This document shows, piece by piece, positions 10,168 to 21,290 of a stretch of 64,000 nucleotides of DNA. Every line of letters starts with the position of its first letter. Within the stretch, counting starts at the first letter, position 1. The translations under genes were made by a program, and so were the position numbers. The stretch comes from Coleofasciculus chthonoplastes F2-STO-03 (lineage in GTDB: Bacteria > Cyanobacteriota > Cyanobacteriia > Cyanobacteriales > Coleofasciculaceae): assembly GCA_040222015.1 (NCBI GenBank), contig JAVJWO010000165.1, positions 1 through 64,000 on the forward strand, in the 5' to 3' direction. The notes under the pieces were generated by a model. The model was not told where the DNA came from. It was given only the letters and a program-made list of their open reading frames with translations, and did no database searches.

Positions 10168-11838
10168 ATGAATCAGCGTTACTATCGGATTTTAGGATTA
10201 AGTTTATTCCTGGTTTGTCTAGGACTCCTGCTATGGACAGGTTTTCAGCTAACTTTCGGTATTGAATCTCAATCCGTCGCGATTCCGATCAACGCTAAAC
10301 AGAATTTAATCACTCGCATTTATACGCCTAAAACGACACCAAAACCCCAACCTGTGATGATTTTATGTCATGGGGTGAATGCCAGTAAAGAAAGCATGAC
10401 CCCTTTAGCCATAGAATTAGCCAGACATGGGATTGCAGCCATTCCCTTTGACTTTGGCGGCTATGGAGAATCCTATTCGGTGGGGATGCAAAATAAATCG
10501 ATTAACAGCCTAGAAGCCAGTACCGTCGCTGATGCCAAAGCCGTCTTAGATTTTGTGCGATCGCGTTCGCGAAGCGTGTCCTCGGACGCAAGCGTGTCCT
10601 CGGACATATCGCATCCCTCCCAGTTTGATGCTAAACGTATTGGTATTGCGGGTCATTCGATGGGGGGAACCACGGCATTAAAATTAGCTGAACTTGAGTC
10701 TCAACTACAAGCCACGGTTGTCCTGAGTATCAGTGGATTTGCCACGCCCACCATTCCCAACAATCTCTTCCTCGGTGTTGGCGTATACGAACAACTGAAT
10801 CCGCCGTCAGAGTTGCGCCAAATGTGGCAAACGGTTTGTCCGGATGGTATTTGTAATAATTTTAATAATGGAACCGCACGTCGGTTAGTTATCTCCGATA
10901 CAACCGATCATTTTACTGCACCCTACGACCCAAAATTAATCCGCCAAGTAATTCGCTGGACACAACAGGCTTTTGATCTGCCGCTTCAAGACAAGCCTTT
11001 AATAGTTCCCTGGTTTATTGTGGGCGGGATTGGTACAGTTAGCGGCAGTATTGTGGGGGGTGTTTGGCTAGTTTTGCGTTGGCAGAATTCAAAGCCTTCT
11101 CAAGAGCAGGAGAGAGGTTTGGAGAGAGGACTAAAAGTAAGAATCCGATCCAGTGTCACTGGATTTTGGGGGATTGTTCTCCTGATTTGCTGGATAGCTG
11201 GAACGAGTAATCTTTTAGTCTTATGTAGCCTCCTGCAACTGGTCAGTAATTATGGTTTGCGTCATCCCGGAAAGATTAACCAAGCGGTACGAATTACCGG
11301 ATTGTATTTCGGTTTAGGGTTAGCTGCTTTCTGCTTATCGGGTTTACTCCGGGGTGCAGTTGAATGGTGGCATCATCCTCTATCATGGCTCAAATTACCC
11401 CAATTTTTACTGCAATGGATTATTTTTATTGTTTATAACTATAGCATCGCCATGAAAGTGGCTTTTTTCGAGACATACACGTTTAAGTTACAACCGAATT
11501 GGCTCTTTTTTCTAATCATCGGATGTGAGTTAGTTCAACCCGGTATCATTTTAACTGGGGTGGAAAACGTAGGGACTTGGCTGATTCAATGGTTACGTCG
11601 TCCGCTGACTGTAACCGGATTGGGTAAAGTATCGGGAAAAGACGCCGGATTAATCGGAGGTTTGGTGGTGTTACTCATCGTCTTATTGCATCAGCGCCGT
11701 GGGGATATTGGTCAAGTTGCTAGTCAGGGAATCGCCGCGCTGGAAGTGTTTGGACTATTGTTAGTGTTACCGATTGGGGTAGGAATTGGAATTGTGCGAT
11801 CGCGCTGGTTTCAGCGTCTGGAAAATCGGTTAACTTAA
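10168..11838 (+). CDS. Alpha/beta hydrolase with C-terminal membrane domain
   Basis: ILCHG oxyanion motif, GHSMGG nucleophile elbow, TDH; several TM helices. Confidence 0.85.
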   Translation: MNQRYYRILGLSLFLVCLGLLLWTGFQLTFGIESQSVAIPINAKQNLITRIYTPKTTPKPQPVMILCHGVNASKESMTPLAIELARHGIAAIPFDFGGYGESYSVGMQNKSINSLEASTVADAKAVLDFVRSRSRSVSSDASVSSDISHPSQFDAKRIGIAGHSMGGTTALKLAELESQLQATVVLSISGFATPTIPNNLFLGVGVYEQLNPPSELRQMWQTVCPDGICNNFNNGTARRLVISDTTDHFTAPYDPKLIRQVIRWTQQAFDLPLQDKPLIVPWFIVGGIGTVSGSIVGGVWLVLRWQNSKPSQEQERGLERGLKVRIRSSVTGFWGIVLLICWIAGTSNLLVLCSLLQLVSNYGLRHPGKINQAVRITGLYFGLGLAAFCLSGLLRGAVEWWHHPLSWLKLPQFLLQWIIFIVYNYSIAMKVAFFETYTFKLQPNWLFFLIIGCELVQPGIILTGVENVGTWLIQWLRRPLTVTGLGKVSGKDAGLIGGLVVLLIVLLHQRRGDIGQVASQGIAALEVFGLLLVLPIGVGIGIVRSRWFQRLENRLT

Positions 11839-12290
11839 AACCCCTCACCCCCAGCCCCTCTCCCACACCGGGGATAGGGGAGCAAGAGCATCCGGTTCCC
11901 CTTCTCCCGTGAAACAAAAGTGAAACTTCCTCTGTCCTCCGTGTGTGTTAACTCAACCCCTCACCCCCAGCCCCTCTCCCACGCCGGGGATAGGGGAGCA
12001 AGAGCATCCGGTTCCCCTTCTCCCCACGGTGGGAGAAGGGGTTAGGGGATGAGGGGAAAAATGCCGAGGAGTAGATACAGCACCTTCTAACACGGTGTAG
12101 TACAGTAACGATGAGACAGTAAGTGAAGCATCCTCTGTCCTCCGTGTGTTAACTCAACCCCTCTCCCACACCGGGGAGAGGGGAGCGGGGTGAGGGCGGT
12201 TCCCCTTCTCCCCACGGTGGGAGAAGGGGTTAGGGGATGAGGGGGAAAAATGCCAAGAAGTAGACAGACACCCCCTTAACTTGACACCAA
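11838..12290. repeat. Cluster of CCCCTCACCCCCAGCCCCTCTCCC / GGGAGAAGGGGTTAGGGGATGAGGG hairpin repeats ending in a MITE TIR
   Basis: About three degenerate units; CTTAACTTGACACC at 12275-12288. Confidence 0.75.
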
Positions 12291-12698
12291 TGGAGGATGA
12301 GGGTGTCCAAACTCCCCGCGAATTCGACTCAAAACCCCTGCCAAATTCCTCTCCACCTCCTCACGACTCACTCTGACAAATCGTAATCCTAAAGACTCCA
12401 AAAGTTGCTGTCGTTGCTCATCCAAATATTTCTGGGATTCATGAATTCCACCATCAACCTCAACAATCAACCGCTCAGAAGCACAGAAAAAATCAACCAC
12501 AAATCGCCCGATGGGTTGCTGACGCCGAAACTTTCGCCCCTCTAGCTGCTTTTTCCTGAGGGCTTGCCATAAAATTGCCTCACTCGGCGTTGGTTCCTTG
12601 CGAAACTGACGGGCAATTTCTATCATCTTCTGTTCTAATTGTCTGGGAACTTCCCATCGCTCTACCTTTTCAGTTCTTTTCACGGCGTTACCTCTCAA
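12276..12698 (-). CDS. DUF559 (Vsr-like) endonuclease
   Basis: ARQFRKEPTPSEAILW, FRRQQPIGRFVVDF, IVEVDGGIH motifs. Confidence 0.9.
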   Translation of the reverse strand: MRGNAVKRTEKVERWEVPRQLEQKMIEIARQFRKEPTPSEAILWQALRKKQLEGRKFRRQQPIGRFVVDFFCASERLIVEVDGGIHESQKYLDEQRQQLLESLGLRFVRVSREEVERNLAGVLSRIRGEFGHPHPPLVSS

Positions 12699-12820
12699 GA
12701 ATAAATTGTGTAGGGGCGGGTTTTACTACTATCTTCTCGGTTACACCCCGATGTAACTAAACCCGCCCCGACTCAGGTTTATCTCTCCGAGAAGGCTTCA
12801 CCTATATTTTTCAACCGCAC

Positions 12821-15579
12821 CTACACAGTTGGCTCGGTTTCTTGAGAGCTAATCGGTACTTTGCCCTCAAGGATTGTTCCCTTAAGATTCGCCCCTTCAA
12901 GATTTGCTCCTTCAAGATGTACCCAGTAAAGATTTGACCCTTCAAGATTTGCCCATGAAAGATTCGCCCTTACAAGATTCGCTCTTTCAAGATTTGCCCA
13001 CGAAAGATTCGCCCGTTCAAGATTCGCCCGTTCTAGATTAGCCTCGGAAAGCTCCGCATCGACAAGATTTGCCCGTTCTAGATTTACTTTGAAAAGATTT
13101 GCCCCTAAAAGATTCGCCTCGGAAAGATTCGTCCCGATAAGATTTGCGCTGTAAAGGTTTGCCTCGAAAAGATTCGCCTCGGAAAGATTCGCTCTTTCAA
13201 GATTCGCCCTATAGAAATCTTTAAAATTAAGTATGCAACCTCGCAAGTCTAAAAAACTTAAGCAACTTAAGCAAAAAACATCTTTATCAATCCGTTGTCC
13301 CTGCAGCCGGGAAATCCAAGTACCAAAAGCATCTGGAGAATGCCATTTAATTTCCGACAGTTTCTCAGTCAAACGCGCACAACTATTAAGAACCGCTAAC
13401 AAGGCTTCCTCCGCATTACGTGCTTGTCGATTTTCTTCCTGAAAATTAGGTCGCGGTTCTAGCCGTTCCATTGGCATTCCGTGGCGCAGCATGAAACCAA
13501 TCAGATGACAAAGAGTATCCTGCCACTTTGCTACATCCTCTGGCTTGTTTTGATAATGCAGCCCCATTTCATCTAAAACAAACTTAAATAAATATTTATC
13601 CATCGCCGTAGAACCACAGACTAACACCCAGCGATGTAACGCCCGACGCTCATCCCAATCTTCATAAGGATCATCATCGCGGGCTTCTAGTTTGCGGTGG
13701 ATATACCGCACTTCTTGAACAATACGTCTGGCGGTTAAATATTCTCCAAAACTTTTGTGGGTAAATTCAAAAGTTTTGTCTCCTGAATTATCATATCCAC
13801 TTTGACGGAAATAGAACGCCGTCATCAAACGAGTAATGCTAGCTTTAGCATCATCTTGAAAGCCTTCTTGAAATCGCTTGAGCAGATTTTTGAGACTGCT
13901 GTTGTCACAATGGTTTTGAATGTCTCGCACTGTGGTTGTCCGCCCATTGCCATGCCAAGCAGCGAGGGCAATTTCTTCTAAAATACGGACAAAATCCTTT
14001 TCTTCAATTCCCTGAATCGCTCTATGTTGATGTCCTGCCCACCCTCGCTCATAAATGGCTTTGAGTAAGTCATTATAAATGGCATTCAAGTTAGTGTCTT
14101 GGGAAAAAGTGAGTTCTCCCCGTCTTAAACTGAGAGCCACTAAATAATTGAGCAAGGGTTGAGCGGTAATTTCAGTTAAATTGCCTTGGTTTAGCTCATT
14201 GGGTAAATCCGTATAGCCATAACCACTCACAGCACCATAGTTTTGCCACCAATTCTGGCGCTGATCTTGTTCTAGTAGCTGGTTCGTATCGACATAATTA
14301 TCCCGCTTATCTTCAGGCACAAAATAGGGCAAAACGTGCAAAATTTGTCCCTGTTTACGCAAGTCGATTTCATTTGCCTGGACTGCCAATTCTCGTCCGG
14401 CAATGAGTACCTGTAAGCAGAGTTTTTGCTGGTTTAATCGGTCAACGGTGCGCTGGACTTCTCGGACAAAATCTTGAGCAATTTTCTCGGCAATTTTCCC
14501 CTGCATGGCTAACTCATCTAGTCCATCAAAAATAATCAATAGACGAGATTCGCGATAGTCGGCGGCTAGGGGATTGTGCGGTAAGATGCCGTCCATCTGG
14601 ACGAATTTACCCACAGCATCAATTAAATCATCGGCGGGATTAAAATGATGCAGAGGAATCAATAAAACTGAAATCTTATCTGTTTCTGCTAGGTTGGCGG
14701 CAAACATTTTAGCAAAGGAGGATTTGCCACTCCCCGGACTGCCACTAATTAAGCGAATGGCATCATCTTTATGGGCTTTATTCAGCCAGGTTTCTAGTTC
14801 TTTGTCTAACTCAATGACGACTTGCTCAGATTTTTCACGATTGGTCAGTCTCGGTTCTAAGTCTTCAGCGTTTTCTCCTTCAACTTTACGCTTATAGTAC
14901 GCCCGTAGCGGCACATAGACTCGCTTGAGGCTAAAGGCTTCTAAAAACATGGGTTCTTCCACCTGTTTTTGTAGCCAAGTTCCATATTTTAACCATGCCT
15001 GAATGCGTTGATTGGCTTGGGTGAAGGGAGTATCTAACTGTTCTTTGAGTCCAGCATAGTCTTTAGCATGACGCCTCCACTCATCGTGTAATGCGGCAGC
15101 AAAGTAGATGGGGAGTCGGTCACTAATGGCAATGGCGTCGGCTTCACTGAGGTTACACTGCTTTAACCAGTCCATAAAAGCAGGTTTAACCGCTTGAATA
15201 ATCGGGTCTTTATCGGGATGGTTAAAAAACTTTTGATTTAAAATTAAGTGGCTATTCTCTAATGCCTGTTCAATTCCCTTTTTTAAGGGTTTGAGATTAA
15301 AGTGTTTAGGTTCAATTTCTGTTTTCTCATCAACCAGATTCTTAATGGCTTGAAGTAATGAGCGCAAAACCAGCCACCACCCTTTTTCACTGGCATTTTC
15401 AGCTAAACCCAGGGCAGATAGGGCTTCAACTCCATCCCCGGCTAAACTATCCCATTTGCCAAAAAAGAAATCAATCCCTCCTTTTCCTAGGGCTTTTGAG
15501 AAATCTTTTAAGCCGACTGCATTGGTTTGTGAACCAATGCAGTCGGCTTGCTGATGGGGAGTCCAGATTCGTTTGTCAT
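12821..15579 (-). pseudogene. NACHT/STAND NTPase with C-terminal pentapeptide repeats, frameshifted near the 5' end
   Basis: GSPGSGKS Walker A, IFDGLDEL Walker B, FTHKSFGEYL, ANLxx repeats; ATG at 15579 is one base out of frame with the long ORF. Confidence 0.75.
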
Positions 15580-16150
15580 GATGGGTTTAGAGGAATTGTT
15601 ACAGGGTGATAATGTAGAGACGCGCCATGGCACGTCTTTACAGGGTATCGGAACAGGGAATTTTGACCTCGGAACACGGCATTTTGACCTCAGCAATTCC
15701 ACCTTAGCAGGTGCGTTACGCTGACGCTAACGCACGATGGCGGACTGACACAGCTAAAATAGGACTTTGTTTGTAGTGAGAACTTTAGTTCTCTAACGCC
15801 TAGCTGGAGAGGGCTAAAGCCCTCACTACGTACCCAATCTATTGCACCATTTTAGTTGGGTCACGGCACTACGGCTGGTACACCTTAATTGGTGGATTAA
15901 AAGGGGCGCACCGACGTGCGCCCAATTTCTGACGACGTGCGCCCGGTTTAAACGTCAAATCTGTTTAACAATTTTAGCGGTGTCAATCCAGTCGAGTTTG
16001 TTAGCTATTTTACCTTGGCTGGTGCGTTACGCTGGCGCTAACGCACCCTACGAATCTTCAAATCAAGTCGATGAGAAGTCGATAAGTTCTCAGTCATGTT
16101 CTCAAAGTGTGACCTGTTTTAATCAAGGTGTAGAGTTAAAACCTAATCTC

Positions 16151-16657
16151 ATGGGTAGGAAAACTGGAACAGATGCAACTGGCGTAGGATGCTTTCTAGG
16201 ATTGATGTTACTGATAGCCGGATTTGTTTACATACTTGCACCCACGTTTTTCAATCACAGTCATAAAATTAGACAATCAGAAGGTAAACAATATATTGGC
16301 TCAATGAATCGCGCCCAGCAAACTTACTACTTAGATGAACAAAAATTCAGTGGCAATATTCCTGATCTAGGTTTGGGTATCAAAACTGAAACCGAAAGCT
16401 ACACCTACTCAACTCAGATAACTGATAATGCTGCATTTAACTATGGCATATCTCGTAAGGACAACGTTCGGAGTTATGTCGGTGGTGTTTTTGTCGTTCC
16501 CGCAACTGATGTTGATGCTGATGCTGCATCGGATGAAATAACTACAGTTGCTATTCTATGTGAAGCGGATACACCAGGTTCAATTAAGCCTGTAGTACCT
16601 ACCTATCAAAAGGGTGAACTGGCTTGCGGTGAAGGGACAACAGATTTATTCAGATAG
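16151..16657 (+). CDS. Type IV pilin-like G/H family protein
   Basis: QSEGKQYIGSMNRAQQTYY and SYVGGVF...ILCE motifs; ATG at 16151 preferred. Confidence 0.85.
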   Translation: MGRKTGTDATGVGCFLGLMLLIAGFVYILAPTFFNHSHKIRQSEGKQYIGSMNRAQQTYYLDEQKFSGNIPDLGLGIKTETESYTYSTQITDNAAFNYGISRKDNVRSYVGGVFVVPATDVDADAASDEITTVAILCEADTPGSIKPVVPTYQKGELACGEGTTDLFR

Positions 16658-17001
16658 GAATAAGTTGAACAATTATCCAACTGCTTCGTTAATTTAGGGT
16701 TGCTTACATCAATGAAGTATTTAGATAAGGGTGCAACCCCTCTCCCAAGCTTGGGAGAGGGGCTGGGGGTGAGGGCCCGGTTCCCCTTCTCCCATGAAAA
16801 AAAAGCGAAGTATCCTCTGTCCCAACTCCGGTTCCCCTTCTCCCCACGGTGGGAGAAGGGGTTAGGGGATGAGGGGGAAAATGCCGCTGAGTAGATAGAC
16901 ACAGCTTAAAACCTTGCCAGTATTACTTTTCAAGCTTAACTTGACACCCATGCAAGCCTTGCGCCCCTACATTTAGATTATCAATTAGGACTTATTCAAC
17001 T

Positions 17002-17502
17002 ATGGTTATTTTGGAAAAAACCTCTACCCAACTGAAACTTCGACATCGCCCCTATTTTATTTGGCAACTCTCTGGATGCTTAGTGTTTAGCGTTCCTTTA
17101 CTGATTGTTTTCGTTAGCTTAATCCTCCCTTGGATTATTTATATGTTGGGGTTGTATGTCTTGTGCGCTTTTAATATAATTTCGAGCATTGTATTACTTA
17201 TCTGTGCTGGACGTATTTTTATCTATCACTTTGACAAAGACAAAAACAGTCTCTTGATAAAACAGCGAGGATTATTTAAAACCCAAGTCACCTTATATCC
17301 CCTGAGTGATATTTTCCAGGTGCAACTCAAATCGACAAGCTGGAATCAGGATAATACGGCAAACTATCAAATCGCGATTATTTTGAAATCAGGGAAACAC
17401 TTGCCTATCAAATCGGGAGAAAAATCTCTACAGCAAAAGCTGGAGATAGTTAACCTAATTCGCCGATTTCTAGGTATGCCACCACAGAAACTAGCTGATT
17501 AA
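17002..17502 (+). CDS. Hypothetical membrane protein
   Basis: Two TM helices followed by a soluble beta-rich region. Confidence 0.65.
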   Translation: MVILEKTSTQLKLRHRPYFIWQLSGCLVFSVPLLIVFVSLILPWIIYMLGLYVLCAFNIISSIVLLICAGRIFIYHFDKDKNSLLIKQRGLFKTQVTLYPLSDIFQVQLKSTSWNQDNTANYQIAIILKSGKHLPIKSGEKSLQQKLEIVNLIRRFLGMPPQKLAD

Positions 17503-17687
17503 TCTCTACTTTACTACCCTCTGCCTGATTCGTAAGTAAGTCAGTGGAAATGAACCTAAATATATTAATATAAATAATCCTAAAACTCTTACAAAAGACG
17601 TGGCTTGCTTGGCGCTTCGCGAGTATGACAAATGACGACTGACGAATTGTGTATGCTAGCAATAGCACAATCATCAAGGAAAGGATC

Positions 17688-19187
17688 ATGAGTGCAGTAA
17701 CATCAACCCCGAATCAACCCGCTTTAACGGAATTACGAGAAGGATTACCCAATATTTGCGGGTGGGAAGAGCAAATTCGGGCAGCGGTGCAACAAAATGA
17801 ACCCGTATTTTTACCGACAACGAATCTGCGTATCGAGGATATCACCTCAGGATTCGCTTGCGCCTTACATCTGCACCAACCCACGATTCCAGCCGGGGCG
17901 AATGGTGAATTAATCAGTAATCTCCAGTATATGTTTGAACATCCCCACGACGGGGATAATCATAATGCTGAACCCTTCGCCTGGTGCTACCGTCGTATGG
18001 GTGACTTTATTCCCCAACTGGTAGCTGAGGGGTGCAATCCTCGGATTATGCTGGACTATTCGGGTAATCTATTGTGGGGATTCCAGCAAATGGGGCGGGA
18101 GGATATCCTGAATAATCTTAAACGGATTACCTGCGATCGCGCTTATCAGCCTTATGTGGAATGGCTGGGAACGATGTGGAGTCATGCGGTTGTTCCTTCT
18201 ACTCCAATTCCTGATATTAAACTGCATATTCAGGCATGGCAACATTATTTTGCCGCTATGTTTGGGTACGATGCCTTAAAGCGGGTGAAAGGCTTTTCGC
18301 CACCAGAGATGCATTTACCCAATCATCCTGATACTTTGTATGAATACATCAAAGCGCTGAAAGACTGTGGCTATCGCTGGTTAATGGTACAGGAACATTC
18401 TCTGGAAAATCTGGATGGTTCGGGATTATCGCAGGATCAGAAATATATTCCTAATCGTTTAGTCGCTCGCAATTCTCAGGGTGAAACAATTTATATCACA
18501 ATTTTGGTTAAAACGCAAGGGTCAGATACCAAATTAGTGGCACAAATGCAGCCCTATTTTGAGGCAAAGGGGCGGGGTAAGCAAAAAATGGGTCATCATT
18601 CGATTCCGTCTTTAGTCACCCAAATTGCCGATGGAGAAAATGGGGGAGTAATGATGAACGAATATCCCCGTGATTTGTTTCGCATTTACCATGAAATCCG
18701 TGACCAAGGGGGCGGTAAAACGGGTGTCGTGCCGATGAATGGGACGGAGTATTTAGAATTAATTGAAGCGGCGGGCGTTAATCCAGAAGATTATCCCCCT
18801 TGTCAAGCCATTGGTCAGCATAAAATTTGGCAACGAGTCGATCTGGATAATGTTACACCTGATGCCGTCGCGAATGCAATTGAAGACTTGACCGCCACGG
18901 ATCATCAATTCCATGTTGATGGGGCATCATGGACGAATGATTTAAGTTGGGTGAAAGGGTATGAAAATGTCTTAGAACCCATGAATCAACTCAGTGCAGC
19001 ATTTCATCTGAAGTATGACCCATTAGTGCAGCAAGATTCCTCGGTGACGCAGCGGAGTGATTATCAGCAAGCATTATTGTACACGTTGTTACTGGAAACC
19101 AGTTGTTTTCGCTATTGGGGACAAGGAATGTGGACGGATTATGCCCGTGAACTTTACCAACGCGGTGAAGCGATTATTAAGGGTTAA
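17688..19187 (+). CDS. Glycoside hydrolase family 57 protein
   Basis: HLHQP, FSPPEM, DGENG and ETSCFRYWG motifs. Confidence 0.88.
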   Translation: MSAVTSTPNQPALTELREGLPNICGWEEQIRAAVQQNEPVFLPTTNLRIEDITSGFACALHLHQPTIPAGANGELISNLQYMFEHPHDGDNHNAEPFAWCYRRMGDFIPQLVAEGCNPRIMLDYSGNLLWGFQQMGREDILNNLKRITCDRAYQPYVEWLGTMWSHAVVPSTPIPDIKLHIQAWQHYFAAMFGYDALKRVKGFSPPEMHLPNHPDTLYEYIKALKDCGYRWLMVQEHSLENLDGSGLSQDQKYIPNRLVARNSQGETIYITILVKTQGSDTKLVAQMQPYFEAKGRGKQKMGHHSIPSLVTQIADGENGGVMMNEYPRDLFRIYHEIRDQGGGKTGVVPMNGTEYLELIEAAGVNPEDYPPCQAIGQHKIWQRVDLDNVTPDAVANAIEDLTATDHQFHVDGASWTNDLSWVKGYENVLEPMNQLSAAFHLKYDPLVQQDSSVTQRSDYQQALLYTLLLETSCFRYWGQGMWTDYARELYQRGEAIIKG

Positions 19188-19429
19188 GTAGGTGGGGACA
19201 ATTCAAGGTAACGGTTTAGATTGTCATTTGTCATTTGTCATTTGTTAAGTCGGGGCGGGTTTAGTTACATCTGGGTGTAACCAAAAAGATAGTGGTGAAA
19301 CCCGCCCCTACACACTCTCCCTCATTGAAAGGCTTGACGCTTTACTTTGGCTTGGCTAAAATTCAACATCCGACTGCAAAGCAGTGAACTTATTACTGCT
19401 TTGCATAGACTAACCGAGTGGTACTGGAA

Positions 19430-21100
19430 ATGGGTCAACTAGACAATCAACCGGACAACGGGGAGAATCGAGACCAACAAGCTGCCGATCTCTTGCAATC
19501 GATGACCGAGAGTATTGAGGGCATAGAGACGTTGCGTCACAGTCTCATGACCCAGTTTACTCAGGAGATTGAACAGCTACAACAACAGAAAGCCCAGTTG
19601 AGCGAGGAAATTAAAACGCTGCACGATCAACGACAGCAGCACTTGACTCAACCGCCAGCACTGACGTCTGAGATTGTCCCAACCTTAGCCAATCAACTGC
19701 AAGACTTACTCAGTCAACACCTCCAACAACTCACCCAGTCTTCAGAAAGACTATCGGTTGATCAGACAGTGGAAAATCACCAGCAAACTATCCAGGAATT
19801 AGTAGCTTCCTTGGATGACACCCTGAGAACTACATTTAGAACCCTGCAACAGGATATGAATAGCTATCACAGCTCAATGTCTCAACAGTTGAGCCAGATG
19901 TACAGTCTCCAGGAACAAGCCGAGGTGATTCTAGAGACGCTGGTGAATCGACTCAAAGCTGAAATTCCTCCCCCATCCTCTGAACCCCGTTCTCAAATTC
20001 CTCCCGCCGCCCCTAATCCTCTAACGTTACCAGCGCCGGATCAGAATGGGTCTTCTCCTCTTTCTAATCAGGGCGAAATCGTTAGGTCGCCTGCTGAATC
20101 ACCTTTACCTGTTGTTCCACCTACCCAGCTTCAAAAACGCCCGCCAAAACAATCCACAGGAAAACGGTTAGTCGGATTAGTTCTGGTGTTGTTATCGTTG
20201 CTAGCTATAGCATTTGAAAACGTTTTTGTCAATATTATTTTTAATGCCACAGCGATTGCGGGATTCCCAGAACCTGTGGGTGGTTTTTGGATGCCGACGT
20301 TAGGGAATTCCTTACTGGTACTATGGTCGCGGATGTTGGTAGTTGTACCGATGGCGGCAATCTTGAGTCGGGGATTTTATCGGGGGGTGTGGCGAGATAT
20401 TCAACAGGTTCTGCGTTGGCGCAATTGGGGTTTATTCGGTACTCTCCTATGTAGTGGGTTTTTCCTATTCTTATCCAAAGTATTGCTGTATTGGGCATTA
20501 GGAATCATTGTGTCCGGTGTGGCTGTGAGCATTTTCTTTATCTATCCCATCGTGCTGTTACTACTGAGCGATCGCTTTAATCGATGGAGTCATTTCATTC
20601 CCTTCGCGATGGTAATTGCTGGGTTTGTGCTAACGACTCTACCCAGTGGTAGCGAGGAACTGTCATCATTCGGCGTTACTCTGGCATCAGGGGCTGCGAT
20701 CGCCTTTGGCCTACATTTAAGGCTAATGCAAAACATGGCAAAACAGCTTCATCCGATGCCAATTCTGTTGCTGAACTTAGCCATCGTTCTGATATTTTCT
20801 GCCTTGGGTGTAATGATATCCTTCCCAGCATCGTGGGGTGTAGTATTTGCGCCGAGTTTAAGTTTAAATTTAGTGATCAGTGGTCTGGTTTTAGGCGGTG
20901 TTACTCTAATTAGTTATGTTTTCAATACCATGGGAATTGCCAGAAGTAGTGCAGCTAGTGCTTCGGTTTTGGGGGCTACGTTACCGATTTTAACCGCACT
21001 CTTGGCTTTGATTCTAATTCAAAGTTCATTAACGGTTCCTCAAGTCGTGGGTATGGTGCTGGTAACGTTAGGAGTAGCGGCTTTAAACATTGTGCGGTAA
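19430..21100 (+). CDS. sepJ: SepJ/FraG-like protein (coiled coil, Pro-rich linker, DMT/EamA permease)
   Basis: Three-part architecture typical of septal SepJ; about 10 TM helices at the C-terminus. Confidence 0.65.
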   Translation: MGQLDNQPDNGENRDQQAADLLQSMTESIEGIETLRHSLMTQFTQEIEQLQQQKAQLSEEIKTLHDQRQQHLTQPPALTSEIVPTLANQLQDLLSQHLQQLTQSSERLSVDQTVENHQQTIQELVASLDDTLRTTFRTLQQDMNSYHSSMSQQLSQMYSLQEQAEVILETLVNRLKAEIPPPSSEPRSQIPPAAPNPLTLPAPDQNGSSPLSNQGEIVRSPAESPLPVVPPTQLQKRPPKQSTGKRLVGLVLVLLSLLAIAFENVFVNIIFNATAIAGFPEPVGGFWMPTLGNSLLVLWSRMLVVVPMAAILSRGFYRGVWRDIQQVLRWRNWGLFGTLLCSGFFLFLSKVLLYWALGIIVSGVAVSIFFIYPIVLLLLSDRFNRWSHFIPFAMVIAGFVLTTLPSGSEELSSFGVTLASGAAIAFGLHLRLMQNMAKQLHPMPILLLNLAIVLIFSALGVMISFPASWGVVFAPSLSLNLVISGLVLGGVTLISYVFNTMGIARSSAASASVLGATLPILTALLALILIQSSLTVPQVVGMVLVTLGVAALNIVR

Positions 21101-21290
21101 GCGAAGCTATCCCGTAGGGAATCGCGCCATGTAGAGACTTTTCATGCTACGTCTGGGAGCGATGTAGAGACTTTTCATGCTACGTCTGGGAGTGAATAAG
21201 GGCGGGTTTTGTTGATACGTTATTATGAACCGAGTTTTATAAGTGGCTAAACCCGCCCCTACAATATAACTTTTGAATTTAGCAAGGTAA

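Noticed and set aside
21129..21192. Possible CRISPR array
   Set aside because: Two adjacent ~32-bp copies with no unique spacers and no cas genes
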